A program made the translations under genes and the position numbers. Positions 35,106 to 45,136 of a stretch of DNA of 64,000 nucleotides are shown here, in pieces. The stretch spans positions 47,500-111,499 of the IMG/VR virus record IMGVR_UViG_3300028797_000007; one strand, written 5' to 3'. How positions within the stretch are numbered: position 1 is the stretch's first letter; every line of letters starts with the position of its first letter. The notes beneath the pieces were generated by a model. It had not been told where the DNA came from, did not search any database, and was given only the letters and a program-made list of their open reading frames with translations. The DNA is from a virus (taxonomy: Duplodnaviria; Caudoviricetes).

Positions 35106-35180
35106 TGGCTGCCGGAGCTGGATTCGAACCAGCGCATCCATGAGTCAAAGTCATGTGTCTTACCGCTTGACTACCCGGCA
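35106..35180 (-). tRNA. tRNA-Gln(TTG)
   Basis: Cloverleaf. Confidence 0.95.
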
Positions 35181-35185
35181 ATAAA

Positions 35186-35265
35186 TGGTCGGATTGGCAG
35201 GATTCGAACCTGCGAGTTCTCCTGCTCCCAAAGCAGGCGGGGTAACCAAACTCCCCAACAATCCG
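35186..35265 (-). tRNA. tRNA-Pro(TGG)
   Basis: Cloverleaf. Confidence 0.9.
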
Positions 35266-35573
35266 ATAATGTTGAGAAATTCACCATCTCTGTTTTGTTT
35301 CCTCACAGCCACATCCAAGCTACGACTTTCACGTAGCACTTCATCCCCTAACATACCCGTCCTCATAATAATCAATTATAGGCAATTATAGGAGCTAACT
35401 CCCTTAGGCGTCTTTTTACACCGGCATTATCCTCGTGGATAGGGTCTAGAATTTCTCTATATAATAAGTGCGAACTGTGGCTTCTTGTCCTTTAGGTCAG
35501 TCTTTATCCTAGTCCTCACACTCCCCAAGGTCGACTGGGCTGACTTGGATGCTAGGTTACACTTATAAACTAA

Positions 35574-35649
35574 TGGTGGCTTCAGGTGGAATCGAACCAC
35601 CGACACAAGGATTTTCAGTCCTTTGCTCTACCAACTGAGCTATAAAGCC
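35574..35649 (-). tRNA. tRNA-Phe(GAA)
   Basis: Cloverleaf. Confidence 0.95.
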
Positions 35650-35893
35650 ATATATAAAAACGGCATTTTGAATAGTAATATTGTATCTTAGGTCAAGTAG
35701 ATTTTCTCCGTGAATTACAGTCCGTTACCAGAGCTGCGCTTTCGCTTCAAAATTACGACATGGGGTCACCCCTCATATAACTTGATTACCACTTAGTATA
35801 CACTTTAATCTATCAAAATTAACGCTCCGGACTGTTTCAGTAGTTAGCTAAACCGAGTTTCCTCACCGGAATGACGCGCCGTTACTATCAAAA

Positions 35894-35970
35894 TGGTGAC
35901 GAGTATGGGATTCGAACCCATGAATGCTGCCGTGAAAGGGCAGTGTGTTAACCAATTTCACCAACTCGCC
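35894..35970 (-). tRNA. tRNA-Glu(TTC)
   Basis: Cloverleaf. Confidence 0.95.
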
Positions 35971-36261
35971 AATTTTAGTAGTTTTTCATGAGTTTACATG
36001 GAGCTCTCTAGCACTACAAACTCCTTTCGCCTGAAACATATTACTCCCGTCACGGTATCATCGCTTCTTTATATTATAGACGCTTCGCTCGCCGTGTGTT
36101 TTCAGGTAGGGATATGCCAATATACCAATTTGCTCGGGCGTCGGAGTTCAAATAACAAGTCACCGCTCTAGCCTTTACCTTCCCCGTAAGATTTTCAGTT
36201 ATTTGCTAATTGTATATCCTTCGGGTATCAAATTGGCATATTGCCATATCTCTACAAATAA

Positions 36262-36339
36262 TGGTCCTCGCTCTAGGACTCGAACCTAGGACCCCTTGCT
36301 TGTAAGGCAAGTGCTCGTAACCAACTGAGCTAAGCGAGG
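36262..36339 (-). tRNA. tRNA-Val(TAC)
   Basis: Cloverleaf. Confidence 0.9.
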
Positions 36340-36458
36340 ATGGCTCCCGAACTCTTCCATTCGGGCTCTACTCTTAGGGCATAACTTCTTCTGTTTCCTA
36401 AGGTTAATCGCTCTTAAGTTGCGACGCACTATCTATATTAAATTATATTATTATCAAA

Positions 36459-36534
36459 TGGTGGAGAATAGGAGATTCGAACTCCTGACATCTACCTTGC
36501 AAGGGTAGCGCTCTACCAACTGAGCTAATTCCCC
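36459..36534 (-). tRNA. tRNA-Ala(TGC)
   Basis: Cloverleaf, G3:U70. Confidence 0.95.
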
Positions 36535-36728
36535 AAATGGAGCCGGATGGGCAGGAGTCTCACCTGCTTAGTAGCCTAGGACTATTATTCTCACCGACAT
36601 ATATAATAAAGGTAAAGCATGCCGTTGGAGTCCCGCCCATCAGTGCTTTTTTACAATATAAGAGTTCTACTTTATACCCGAGGGCATTCAGTATAACATA
36701 CCTCTTTCTTAAACCTTAATAAACAAAA

Positions 36729-36804
36729 TGGTGCCGGCTTCAGGACTTGAACCCGAAACCTACTGATTACAGGTCAGTTGCTCTACCGATTGAGCTAAGC
36801 CGGC
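36729..36804 (-). tRNA. tRNA-Thr(TGT)
   Basis: Cloverleaf, loop CCTGTAA (C33). Confidence 0.9.
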
Positions 36805-36807
36805 AAC

Positions 36808-36882
36808 TGGCGGTTCCAGGGGGAATCGAACCCCCATCTCCTGCGTGACAGGCAGACGTCATAACCACTGGACCATGGAACC
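36808..36882 (-). tRNA. tRNA-Asp(GTC)
   Basis: Cloverleaf. Confidence 0.95.
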
Positions 36883-36883
36883 A

Positions 36884-36957
36884 TGGAGCGGATAGAGGGA
36901 ATCGAACCCTCGTCAATAGCTTGGAAGGCTATAGTTCTACCATTAAACTACACCCGC
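36884..36957 (-). tRNA. tRNA-Gly(TCC)
   Basis: Cloverleaf. Confidence 0.95.
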
Positions 36958-37234
36958 ATATAATGTGAGGCCACGGTCCTCACGCGTGCTTTTTCCTGTT
37001 AACTCAGCGGTTAGCCTTTAATCTAAGCAAATCACACTTAGCAAACCTGTGCCGTTTTATTTATATCAACAGCTTAAGCTGTTAATAATAAAGTTCATTG
37101 CCTTTCTCACTGTCGCTACGCGGTGGTCGAGCTTTCACGGGCAGTCCGAAAACCTCCGAGGGCGCTTATCTATTTAGTATTTTTCTTAATTGATAAATCA
37201 ATTATAGCATATTTTTTAGCCTAAAATCAAGTAT

Positions 37235-37510
37235 TTATTTATCTAAAATGCCATAAATTGCATATGGGGTAACAGTATATTTATTTAATACTCTTCCCTT
37301 GTAAAGAACTTTTTGACTCTCAACCAATGAGTTATCTCTTAGTCTTAACATTGCCCAAGTGATTTCATTGATTGTTAGTTTCTTTAGGTCTTCGTTTTCA
37401 CAATCAGCTAGGAGCTGAGGTCCAAAAGCTGAACCAGCAAACTCGTCAGCTAAAACCTTTAATACTAAATCTTGTTTATAACTTAATTTAATTGGTTCAA
37501 ACTTCTTCAT
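37235..37510 (-). CDS. Winged-helix protein
   Basis: KLSYKQDLVLKVL...AF...LTINEITWAMLRL...KYTVT. Confidence 0.6.
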   Translation of the reverse strand: MKKFEPIKLSYKQDLVLKVLADEFAGSAFGPQLLADCENEDLKKLTINEITWAMLRLRDNSLVESQKVLYKGRVLNKYTVTPYAIYGILDK

Positions 37511-37578
37511 AATCTCACACTCTTTTCTTTTTTATCTATAATAATTATAATATAAAAAGGTATAAGATTTCAAGTATT

Positions 37579-37923
37579 TTATCCAATATAAGTGCTTAAA
37601 ATATCATTTTCAGCATAGCGATGATTACCCAATATATGAGGACGCTCTACAGTGAGAATACTACCATCTCCCCTGTTATAGAAAAACCATTGTATTTCCC
37701 TAATATTAGGATATAATCCTTGCCCTATTTGTTCTATAACGGCATAATTATAATAACCATCTTCAAATATATCTCCACGATTTCGTGAGATACAATCAAA
37801 TGCTTCATCTAATTTACGGAAGTACCCAGGAGCTCTGTCATGAGGTATCACATCGTGTATCTCAAATAATTCTCCATCAGGAACTTCATTTATTTTTAAT
37901 GTGCGAACTAAAAACATAATCAC
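37579..37923 (-). CDS. Hypothetical protein
   Basis: 114-aa ORF with RBS. Confidence 0.6.
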   Translation of the reverse strand: MIMFLVRTLKINEVPDGELFEIHDVIPHDRAPGYFRKLDEAFDCISRNRGDIFEDGYYNYAVIEQIGQGLYPNIREIQWFFYNRGDGSILTVERPHILGNHRYAENDILSTYIG

Positions 37924-37938
37924 ACCTCATTTCAATTT

Positions 37939-38024
37939 TGGTGCCCCCTACAAGACTTGAACTTGTACGCCCAAAGGACACGTGCTTCTAAGGCACGGGT
38001 GTCTACCAATTCCACCAAAGGGGC
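37939..38024 (-). tRNA. tRNA-Leu(TAG)
   Basis: Cloverleaf. Confidence 0.95.
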
Positions 38025-38025
38025 A

Positions 38026-38487
38026 TTATTTAAGCATATTTAATGCTTTTTGGTAGTCATAGATAGTGAAACCAAGCTGACTGTCACATCTTACTAAAAA
38101 TGGTAACAAATGACACATATCGCTATCATCATCTATGATAACAAATTTCCCTTTAAACTGATTTTCATCTATCCATCGTTGTATTTCTACACCTCTTTGT
38201 AGATATAGTTTTGGAGTTTTTCCAATAACTTCTATTTCAGGATTAAAACCTGACTTAATTAACAGTTCTTGGAGCTGTGCTATATCCATACTATAACGCC
38301 AAGTACTTGTTATAACTATCTTATAAGGAACTTTTTTATAAAGTTCATTTAACCAACCAATGGCTTGTTTATTATTTAATTCTTCGTGACCAAATTTATG
38401 CACATTGTATGACCAAGTACCATCTTCGGCTTTTTCCCAATAAATGGTTTCGACCACACCGTCAAAGTCTAAAAAAACTATATTCAT
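38026..38487 (-). CDS. HAD-family phosphatase (Swiss-army-knife RNA-repair type)
   Basis: FLDFDGV, ITSTWR, IIDDDSDM motifs. Confidence 0.8.
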   Translation of the reverse strand: MNIVFLDFDGVVETIYWEKAEDGTWSYNVHKFGHEELNNKQAIGWLNELYKKVPYKIVITSTWRYSMDIAQLQELLIKSGFNPEIEVIGKTPKLYLQRGVEIQRWIDENQFKGKFVIIDDDSDMCHLLPFLVRCDSQLGFTIYDYQKALNMLK

Positions 38488-38509
38488 AAACTCACCACCT
38501 ATTTTAAAA

Positions 38510-38586
38510 TGGTGCAGGAGGTAGGACTTGAACCCACGACCAGAGAGATATAAGCTCCCCACTCTAACCAACTGAGTTACTCCTGC
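38510..38586 (-). tRNA. tRNA-Ile(TAT)
   Basis: Loop CTTATAT. Body resembles the adjacent Ile(GAT). Confidence 0.85.
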
Positions 38587-38591
38587 AAAAA

Positions 38592-38668
38592 TGGTGCAGG
38601 TAGATGGACTCGAACCATCGGCAGCTCGCGTATCAGACGAGTACTCTAACCAACTGAGTTACACCTGC
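38592..38668 (-). tRNA. tRNA-Ile(GAT)
   Basis: Cloverleaf. Confidence 0.9.
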
Positions 38669-38797
38669 AAGTGACGGAGGGTATAAAGTAGCCCTCCCCT
38701 CTACATATTTTTTTCGGCTTTACCTATATGTCGGGTTCCTAAAAGTAATCAACTTTCTCCGACAGGAGGTAACATTTGTTCTAAACCCTATATATAA

Positions 38798-39019
38798 TTA
38801 TCTTATTTTTCTTAATGTTTTTGGCTTTTCCTCTGGTTTTGTATAACCAAATTCACTTGCTATTTGTTCCAATGTTATTTTATTATTTGGAACCCAAATT
38901 CTACTAGCCAACTCATATGCAACAATATTAACTAAATCTTGTTGCGAAGTCCCTGCTGCTAGATTTAGTATATTTATAAGTTGATAAGTTGGAGTTGTTT
39001 TTAATTCTTTTTCTGTCAT
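38798..39019 (-). CDS. Hypothetical protein
   Basis: AAGGAGAG RBS. Confidence 0.6.
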   Translation of the reverse strand: MTEKELKTTPTYQLINILNLAAGTSQQDLVNIVAYELASRIWVPNNKITLEQIASEFGYTKPEEKPKTLRKIR

Positions 39020-39040
39020 TAGTATCTCTCCTTATAAATA

Positions 39041-39117
39041 TGGCGTCCTGTCAGGGACTCGAACCCCAAACCGATGCCTTAGAAGGGCATTGCTCTATCC
39101 AGTTGAGCTAACAGGAC
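39041..39117 (-). tRNA. tRNA-Arg(TCT)
   Basis: Cloverleaf. Confidence 0.95.
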
Positions 39118-39119
39118 AA

Positions 39120-39344
39120 TTATTTTTTCTTTTTTGCTTTTGTATATACTTTTGGTTGTTCTTTAACTTGTCCAATTATATTAAAATCTTCTCTTGCAAT
39201 AACTTCATCGCCCTGTCCATCATTTTTTATAACTAAATAACCAGCATAATGTGGTGCAAAATCTTGTAATTTACCCCAATCATTTTCTCCAAATGGATAA
39301 GGACCTTCGTATACATAATCAAAATTTTTTAAATATAACCTCAT
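39120..39344 (-). CDS. Hypothetical protein
   Basis: GGAGG RBS before MRLYLK. Confidence 0.6.
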   Translation of the reverse strand: MRLYLKNFDYVYEGPYPFGENDWGKLQDFAPHYAGYLVIKNDGQGDEVIAREDFNIIGQVKEQPKVYTKAKKKK

Positions 39345-39367
39345 AATTATGTCCTCCAAAAAATTAC

Positions 39368-39454
39368 TGGCGCCCAGTAGAGGACTCGAACCTCTAAGCC
39401 GTTTCCGACCAACGGTTTTCAAGACCGCCCGACTACCAATTATCACAACTGGGC
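39368..39454 (-). tRNA. tRNA-Ser(TGA)
   Basis: Long variable arm, loop CTTGAAA. Confidence 0.85.
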
Positions 39455-39458
39455 ATAA

Positions 39459-39534
39459 TGGTGGGAACACAGGGACTTGAACCCTGGACTCCAAAATTAA
39501 AAGTTTTGTACTCTACCTACTGAGTTATGTTCCC
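39459..39534 (-). tRNA. tRNA-Lys(TTT)
   Basis: Cloverleaf. Confidence 0.9.
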
Positions 39535-39897
39535 ATTTCTTAATTTTTCATGCTCCTCGGCATGACAATTACTACAAAGTAACTGGCATTTGTCTACTTC
39601 TTTTTCATAATCTTTCAAAGAATGAAAAGTAGCTGCTATACCAAATTCCTTATTTGAGTTTGGGTGATGAAAATGTAAGGCATCTATACATTTATTATAC
39701 CCACATATTTCACATTTACCCCCTTTATAATTTACAAGGTATTTTTTGATATTCCTGTGTTTAACATTCATGGCTCTTTGTTGCTGTTCTCTATTACCAA
39801 GTTCATATTGTGGTACACACTCAAAACAATATTTTCGTGTATGACCATATTTTATAGTTTCAAACTCATTGCCACAAAGTACACATATCTTTTTCAT
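39517..39897 (-). CDS. HNH endonuclease
   Basis: CEICG...LHFHH...LLCSNCH. The 3' end overlaps tRNA-Lys. Confidence 0.85.
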   Translation of the reverse strand: MKKICVLCGNEFETIKYGHTRKYCFECVPQYELGNREQQQRAMNVKHRNIKKYLVNYKGGKCEICGYNKCIDALHFHHPNSNKEFGIAATFHSLKDYEKEVDKCQLLCSNCHAEEHEKLRNGNITQ

Positions 39898-39918
39898 AAT
39901 TCACCTCTTTTAATCTTT

Positions 39919-40014
39919 TGGCAGGGGCTATAGGATTCGAACCCATACCCCGGGCTTTGGAGACCCGTCTTTACGGTTTTGAAGACCGCTGTGCTACCAT
40001 TACACTAAGCCCCT
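39919..40014 (-). tRNA. tRNA-Trp/opal suppressor (TCA) with a second CCA anticodon arm
   Basis: AGGGGCT TA GTGT AATGGTA GCAC A GCGGT CTTCAAA ACCGT AAAGA CGGGT CTCCAAA GCCCG GGGT ATGGG TTCGAAT CCTAT AGCCCCT G CCA. Confidence 0.9.
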
Positions 40015-40022
40015 ATATAAAA

Positions 40023-40098
40023 TGGGGTAAGATAAGAGACTTGAACTCCTCCCTGCAGTGCCACAAACTGCCGTACTAACCTCTATACTAATCTCACC
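40023..40098 (-). tRNA. tRNA-His(GTG)
   Basis: G-1:C73, cloverleaf. Confidence 0.9.
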
Positions 40099-40131
40099 AT
40101 ATAAAATGGGGCCTAGAAGCCCCTTGTACAA

Positions 40132-40941
40132 CTAGTTACCTATTCCAAATAGAACATTTGAACTATCCCCCAACATAGTAGTAGGATATTTTCCGTCCCA
40201 TTTATTTATAAGTGCTTCTTTGATTTCTAATTCTTTTAACTTTAATGTTTTGTCAGTAATTTCTTTATTTTGTAATTTCATAACCTCAGCTTCAGCTTTA
40301 GCGTTTTCAACTTTCTTTTCGTTTTCAACTCTTGCTTTTTCTAACTCATATTGAGCCTTTTGAGCATTTTGTTGAGCGACTTGTTTTTGTTCTATTGCTT
40401 GATTATAAGCATCACTAAATGCTAAGTCTGTAATAGAAAGGTCTACAATAGTAAACCCCCTGTTTTGTAGTTTGTTAGTTAATGTTTCATACATTAAAGC
40501 TGATACTTCTTGTCTTTTAGTAATAAGTTCTTCAGCTGTATATTTAGCAGTAACTGATTTTATACTTTCTAATATAGCTGGGTTAACCACAACAGCTTCA
40601 TAATCTACACCTACAGTTTGATATAATTTATTAGCATAATCCTTGTTAACACTATAATTAACAGCAACTTTTAGATTAACATCTTGTAGGTCTTTAGAAG
40701 CTGCACCGTTATCAACTTCAACTTTTTTAGTTCTACAATCCATCAACACAATTTTTTCAATGTAAGGAATTTTAAAGTTAATACCTTCGTTTAGCATATC
40801 GCCTTGAACCTTACCAAATTGTGTCTTAACTCCTACATAACCTGTAGGGACTGATTTAAAACTAGCAAATAAAGTTATAATAACAAAAAGAATAATAGCA
40901 CCTATAATAGAATATTTAACCACCTTAGTTTCATCAACCAT
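40132..40941 (-). CDS. SPFH/Band 7 (prohibitin-like) protein
   Basis: N-terminal TM, VPTGYVGV...FGKV, AIEQKQVAQQ coiled coil, KWDGKYP. Confidence 0.9.
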   Translation of the reverse strand: MVDETKVVKYSIIGAIILFVIITLFASFKSVPTGYVGVKTQFGKVQGDMLNEGINFKIPYIEKIVLMDCRTKKVEVDNGAASKDLQDVNLKVAVNYSVNKDYANKLYQTVGVDYEAVVVNPAILESIKSVTAKYTAEELITKRQEVSALMYETLTNKLQNRGFTIVDLSITDLAFSDAYNQAIEQKQVAQQNAQKAQYELEKARVENEKKVENAKAEAEVMKLQNKEITDKTLKLKELEIKEALINKWDGKYPTTMLGDSSNVLFGIGN

Positions 40942-40980
40942 GGTTAACTCCTTCCTATATAAGATTATTATTATCAAAAA

Positions 40981-41071
40981 TGGCGCCTGCTATAGGACTC
41001 GAACCTATGCGTCGATTACTCGACCTAGCTGTTTAGTAGACAGCCCCCTTAACCAACTTGGGTAAACAGGC
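40981..41071 (-). tRNA. tRNA-Ser(ACT)
   Basis: Long variable arm, loop CTACTAA. Confidence 0.85.
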
Positions 41072-41387
41072 AAAAATTAAACAACGGGGGTTACGGCCCC
41101 CCGTTGGGGATTTCATGTATCTCCTACAGAGAGTTTCTGGGGTTATATATATAGTAATATTATAACATTACTATTAAAATTATATAATATATATATCCTT
41201 ACTCACAACCTCGGTTATGTCCACCGTGGACAAAGACTGTCCTAACCCAACAATCTTTATAATGGGGTGGAATTACGATTGCCACGCATGCTTACGATGA
41301 GTATTTTTATCTTGGCCCAAGAACTCATACTAAACTTGCTTATAAAGGCCCTGGACTTATATAGCTTGTAATACTAATGCCATTAAA

Positions 41388-41609
41388 TTATTCAGTTACT
41401 ATTGCAGTAAACTTAGTTTTCATCTTGCCATCAAATTCAGCTTTTTCTTTAGATGCTAAACCTTTAGTTGCTAAAGAACTTAAAGTTGCTCTAACTGATT
41501 GAATAGTTAAACCTTCAACTTCATTGATAACTTCTTCGGCAAAAGCACCATCAGCGAATTTTTCTTTTAAGATGTTTAAAATGTTTTCTTGTTTTTCAGT
41601 TAATTTCAT
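41388..41609 (-). CDS. Winged-helix protein (paralogue family)
   Basis: KLTEKQENIL...AFAEEV...SVRATLSSLATKG...KMKTKF. Confidence 0.7.
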   Translation of the reverse strand: MKLTEKQENILNILKEKFADGAFAEEVINEVEGLTIQSVRATLSSLATKGLASKEKAEFDGKMKTKFTAIVTE

Positions 41610-41825
41610 TTTTTTCACCCTTAAAAACTATTTGTTTTTCCTTTCTTTAATTTTTACAATTTAATTATATCAAATATCAGAGCTAATTTCAAGTATTTTT
41701 TGAAAATTTCTGCTCTTCTATAAGAACATATCGTCTGAAACCAACATAGCCATCATTGGTCCGCACGATGCTCTGGCCTCCGGATGTTGAAGATATATCC
41801 TTATAGAAAAGCAGAATTCTTCTTT

Positions 41826-42143
41826 TTAATCTTGACTACTTATTATTAAATCATACAACTCTGATGCATTAGATAATGGTATTGGTGTGCCATCTTCTTT
41901 AGTTATACAACCTTCTTTATATTCTTTACCAAAATCAATTTCCCACATATAATAACTTATGTTATCATATTTATCATTCATTAACTTAGATAACAATTCT
42001 TCAACCAAGAATATAGTTTTATTATGAACATAACCTCCTCCAAATTCAGGGTCTATTTCTCTAAGAGCATCATTGAACTTTTCTTGTTCTTCACTTAATT
42101 CTTGTAATTTATTTATTGTTTCTACAAAAAGTTGTTTGTCCAT
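41826..42143 (-). CDS. Hypothetical protein
   Basis: 105 aa with RBS and promoter. Confidence 0.65.
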   Translation of the reverse strand: MDKQLFVETINKLQELSEEQEKFNDALREIDPEFGGGYVHNKTIFLVEELLSKLMNDKYDNISYYMWEIDFGKEYKEGCITKEDGTPIPLSNASELYDLIISSQD

Positions 42144-42211
42144 ATGAATACTTATCCTTTCTTTATTTCTAAAATAATTATAATATATTTATTAGTCATT
42201 TTTCAAGTATT

Positions 42212-42502
42212 TTAAATAAAATCTAATACTTCGTCATCGCCCCATCTTATTTGGTTTTCATCTACATATATTTGTAAATAATAGAATATATGACCATTTT
42301 TATGAATAACAACTAAATTAGTCTTTTCATAATCATAATAGCTTTGTTCCAAAGTAGTATTAAAATCTGTAATATCTGGTATTGGGACATATCTATATAC
42401 TTTATGAACTTCTTTTTCTTCTATTACATTATTTTGTACTAGAGTACTTCTATTTTTTGTTAGATTTTTTCCCAATACATATCCCATTGTAAAGTCCATC
42501 AT
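42212..42502 (-). CDS. Hypothetical protein
   Basis: 96 aa with RBS. Confidence 0.6.
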   Translation of the reverse strand: MMDFTMGYVLGKNLTKNRSTLVQNNVIEEKEVHKVYRYVPIPDITDFNTTLEQSYYDYEKTNLVVIHKNGHIFYYLQIYVDENQIRWGDDEVLDFI

Positions 42503-43550
42503 AATTATCTCTCCTTTCCATATATTTTTTTCTTTTTCTTGATTATATTATATCAAATCTAAAACATAATGACAACTATATTAAACTATTTTCTTGGTAA
42601 AAATATTTTTTACTTATTAAATTATATATATTATATATATTGATTAAATAAATAATATATTATAGTATCTATTGTCAAGTCATTTTTAAAATTTTCTCTA
42701 CTTAATATATTATATCTCTACTATAATATTATGTCAAGTAGTATTTATTGCTATCTATATTATTTGACAAAAGGAGCTGTGAAATTTTACTAATATTAAA
42801 AAACAGCAAAATAATTTATCCTGAGTAAAATATATCTTCCCCTTTTTTATTAAAAGAGTTTACAAATGGAATTATATAATTATATAATCTATTTGTAATT
42901 ATTAAAAAGCAAAAAAGAAAAAGGAGTACGATGTTATGACAAAATTAAAGCAATTTTTCAAAAAAATATTAAAGAAAAAGAGGAAATGTCCTAACAAAAA
43001 ATGTAATTATAATACAGGCAAATGTAAATGTACATTAGATGTTTGCCACTATAAAAATAGACAAAATTAATAAAAAAACTTGAATTTAGCAAGTTTAATA
43101 TTATATAATTATTTTAATGATTTGAAGAAATAGTTTTTCAAATCAATTGGGGGAAGCGCTGGCGCTTGAGAATTGTGATACATACCCTACTATATGAAAA
43201 CTTATGGATTGATATATTATATGTGGAAACCAAGGAATGATTAGACCGTTAGGTGCTATGAAATTCCAGTAGAAACTTATAGTAATTAGATAGACATAAA
43301 CTTAAGTGACGGGTAGCCTACTAGGACTTATAAGACTATTAGGTGAATCTCACAATAAACTCAAATTAAGACGCTCCCAGAGACTCGGGATGAGTTGGGT
43401 CAGTAGGTGGGAGACTCGAAGCACCGGGGGGCAGTCTAGATGCTCGCGAGGTGTGGGCAAGAATCTACGCAGAATTCCTTTATGGTAAGAGTAAGCCGTA
43501 GTTATAAAATCTTGCCCGTCAGCAAATTGAAAATTAAAGGAGGATGCTTT

Positions 43551-43757
43551 ATGGACAATAAAATGTTTTTTTATTATATTAAAGAGTTAAATGATTTACT
43601 TAAGCAACCCAATACTTTTAGAAATAGATTACAAATAAGAAAAATTAAAAAGATTATAAATAGAATGATAAAAGAAGCTGCTAAAGCTCAAGCAAATATT
43701 GTTTACAACCAAACAGTAGAACTTTATCAAAATATTATGAACTCAAATTTAGATTAA
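43551..43757 (+). CDS. Hypothetical protein
   Basis: AGGAGG RBS before MDNKMFF. Confidence 0.6.
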   Translation: MDNKMFFYYIKELNDLLKQPNTFRNRLQIRKIKKIINRMIKEAAKAQANIVYNQTVELYQNIMNSNLD

Positions 43758-43845
43758 ATACTTGAAATTATGAGAAAAAATATAATATAATTTTTATAGA
43801 AAAACAAAAAAACTTTTGAAATATAAAGTGGAAAGGTGGGTTTCT

Positions 43846-44058
43846 ATGAAGAAATATTATGCAGATATAAACTTATATTTTGATAATATGAAATATAGTA
43901 TAGCAGGGGATATTTCTACTAATCGCAAAGAAATGATTGAATTACTTAAAGATTTTGGTAAAAAATTAAACTTAGAATGTAATACTAAAAGTAAAAAGTT
44001 TGTTAATAAACAAGGTAAAGAAGTAGGTAGTTACACTCTTACTTCTATAATAATATAG
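43846..44058 (+). CDS. Hypothetical protein
   Basis: GAAAGGTGG RBS. Confidence 0.55.
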   Translation: MKKYYADINLYFDNMKYSIAGDISTNRKEMIELLKDFGKKLNLECNTKSKKFVNKQGKEVGSYTLTSIII

Positions 44059-44074
44059 GAAAGGAGAATATACT

Positions 44075-44389
44075 ATGGATAATTTAAGTGATAAAGCAAA
44101 AATAGTATATGCTACTCTAAAGATGTTAGGAGCTGAAGGGTTAGAAAATAAAGTGACTTCTTATGCAATTCTAGATTTTATAAGTGAAAATGAAGATTTA
44201 CAAGAACATGAATTGCTAAAAGATGTTAATGAAACTGACTTTGTAGACATTATAATGGAATTAAACATCAAGAGTGTAAATACTATTATTGCTTCTCTAT
44301 GTCGTAAAGGCTTGGTAGAAAAAACAGAACCAACTTCTATGACTATTGATGGTCAAAGAAGAAATTTAAGACAATATTTCATAAAATAA
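44075..44389 (+). CDS. Winged-helix protein
   Basis: LSDKAKIVY...KSVNTIIASLCRKGLVEK. Confidence 0.65.
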   Translation: MDNLSDKAKIVYATLKMLGAEGLENKVTSYAILDFISENEDLQEHELLKDVNETDFVDIIMELNIKSVNTIIASLCRKGLVEKTEPTSMTIDGQRRNLRQYFIK

Positions 44390-45059
44390 TTGACAAATGG
44401 TATTTAGAAATATTATAATAATAATGTAAAATGAATTTGACGATTATGTCGAGGAAATGCGATGTAACCGTTGTATAAAATGACAAAGTTTCAATTAAGG
44501 AGCTATAGGAATATTTTAGGACAAATGTATACAGCTCAAGGGCCGAGGTACTATGGAATAAAGGACGCCTTTAGAAGAATTTGAGAAATTAAAACATTTA
44601 GGTTTTTAGAAAAAAGTCGTCAGGTCTAATCAGCCTTAAACGATTTAAGGAGATTAACCAATAAACTTATTATGTATAAATGAATAATATGGTGTATATT
44701 TATAGTAATATAAATAAGGCATTTATATTCCCTGCGAAGTTAGTAGGGCACATTTCTGATAAAACATAACGCTTAATAAGTTTAAATAATCTAACGGGAG
44801 AAAGAAACTTCCAAGAAAAATATCACGCATTTAGTAGATATGTAAATTAAATATGGCCTGACATATTTAAAGGACATACCATCGGCTGTGAAACTTATGG
44901 CTTGCGTTTTGAGTTAAATTGAGACAGACTGTCTCGACTATAAGTGCCAGCTCGGTTGATAGTTTAATAGGAAAAACATTAATATGTAGGTTCGAATCCT
45001 ACTCATCCTAAATGTCTTTTTGTTTTAATAGGGAGACTTTAGTTTCCCCTTTTATTTAT

Positions 45060-45136
45060 GGCGGTGTAGCTCAGATGGCTAGAGCAGTGGATTCATACCC
45101 CACAGGTCATAGGTTCAAATCCTATCGCCGCTACCA
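45060..45136 (+). tRNA. tRNA-Met(CAT), elongator
   Basis: GGCGGTG acceptor, cloverleaf. Confidence 0.9.

Noticed and set aside
39919-40014. tRNA-Sec (selC), given the UCA anticodon and long extra arm
   Set aside because: The 7-bp Trp-type acceptor and 4-bp D stem do not fit the bacterial 8/5 Sec fold. No sel genes are seen and the TGA contexts look like Trp.
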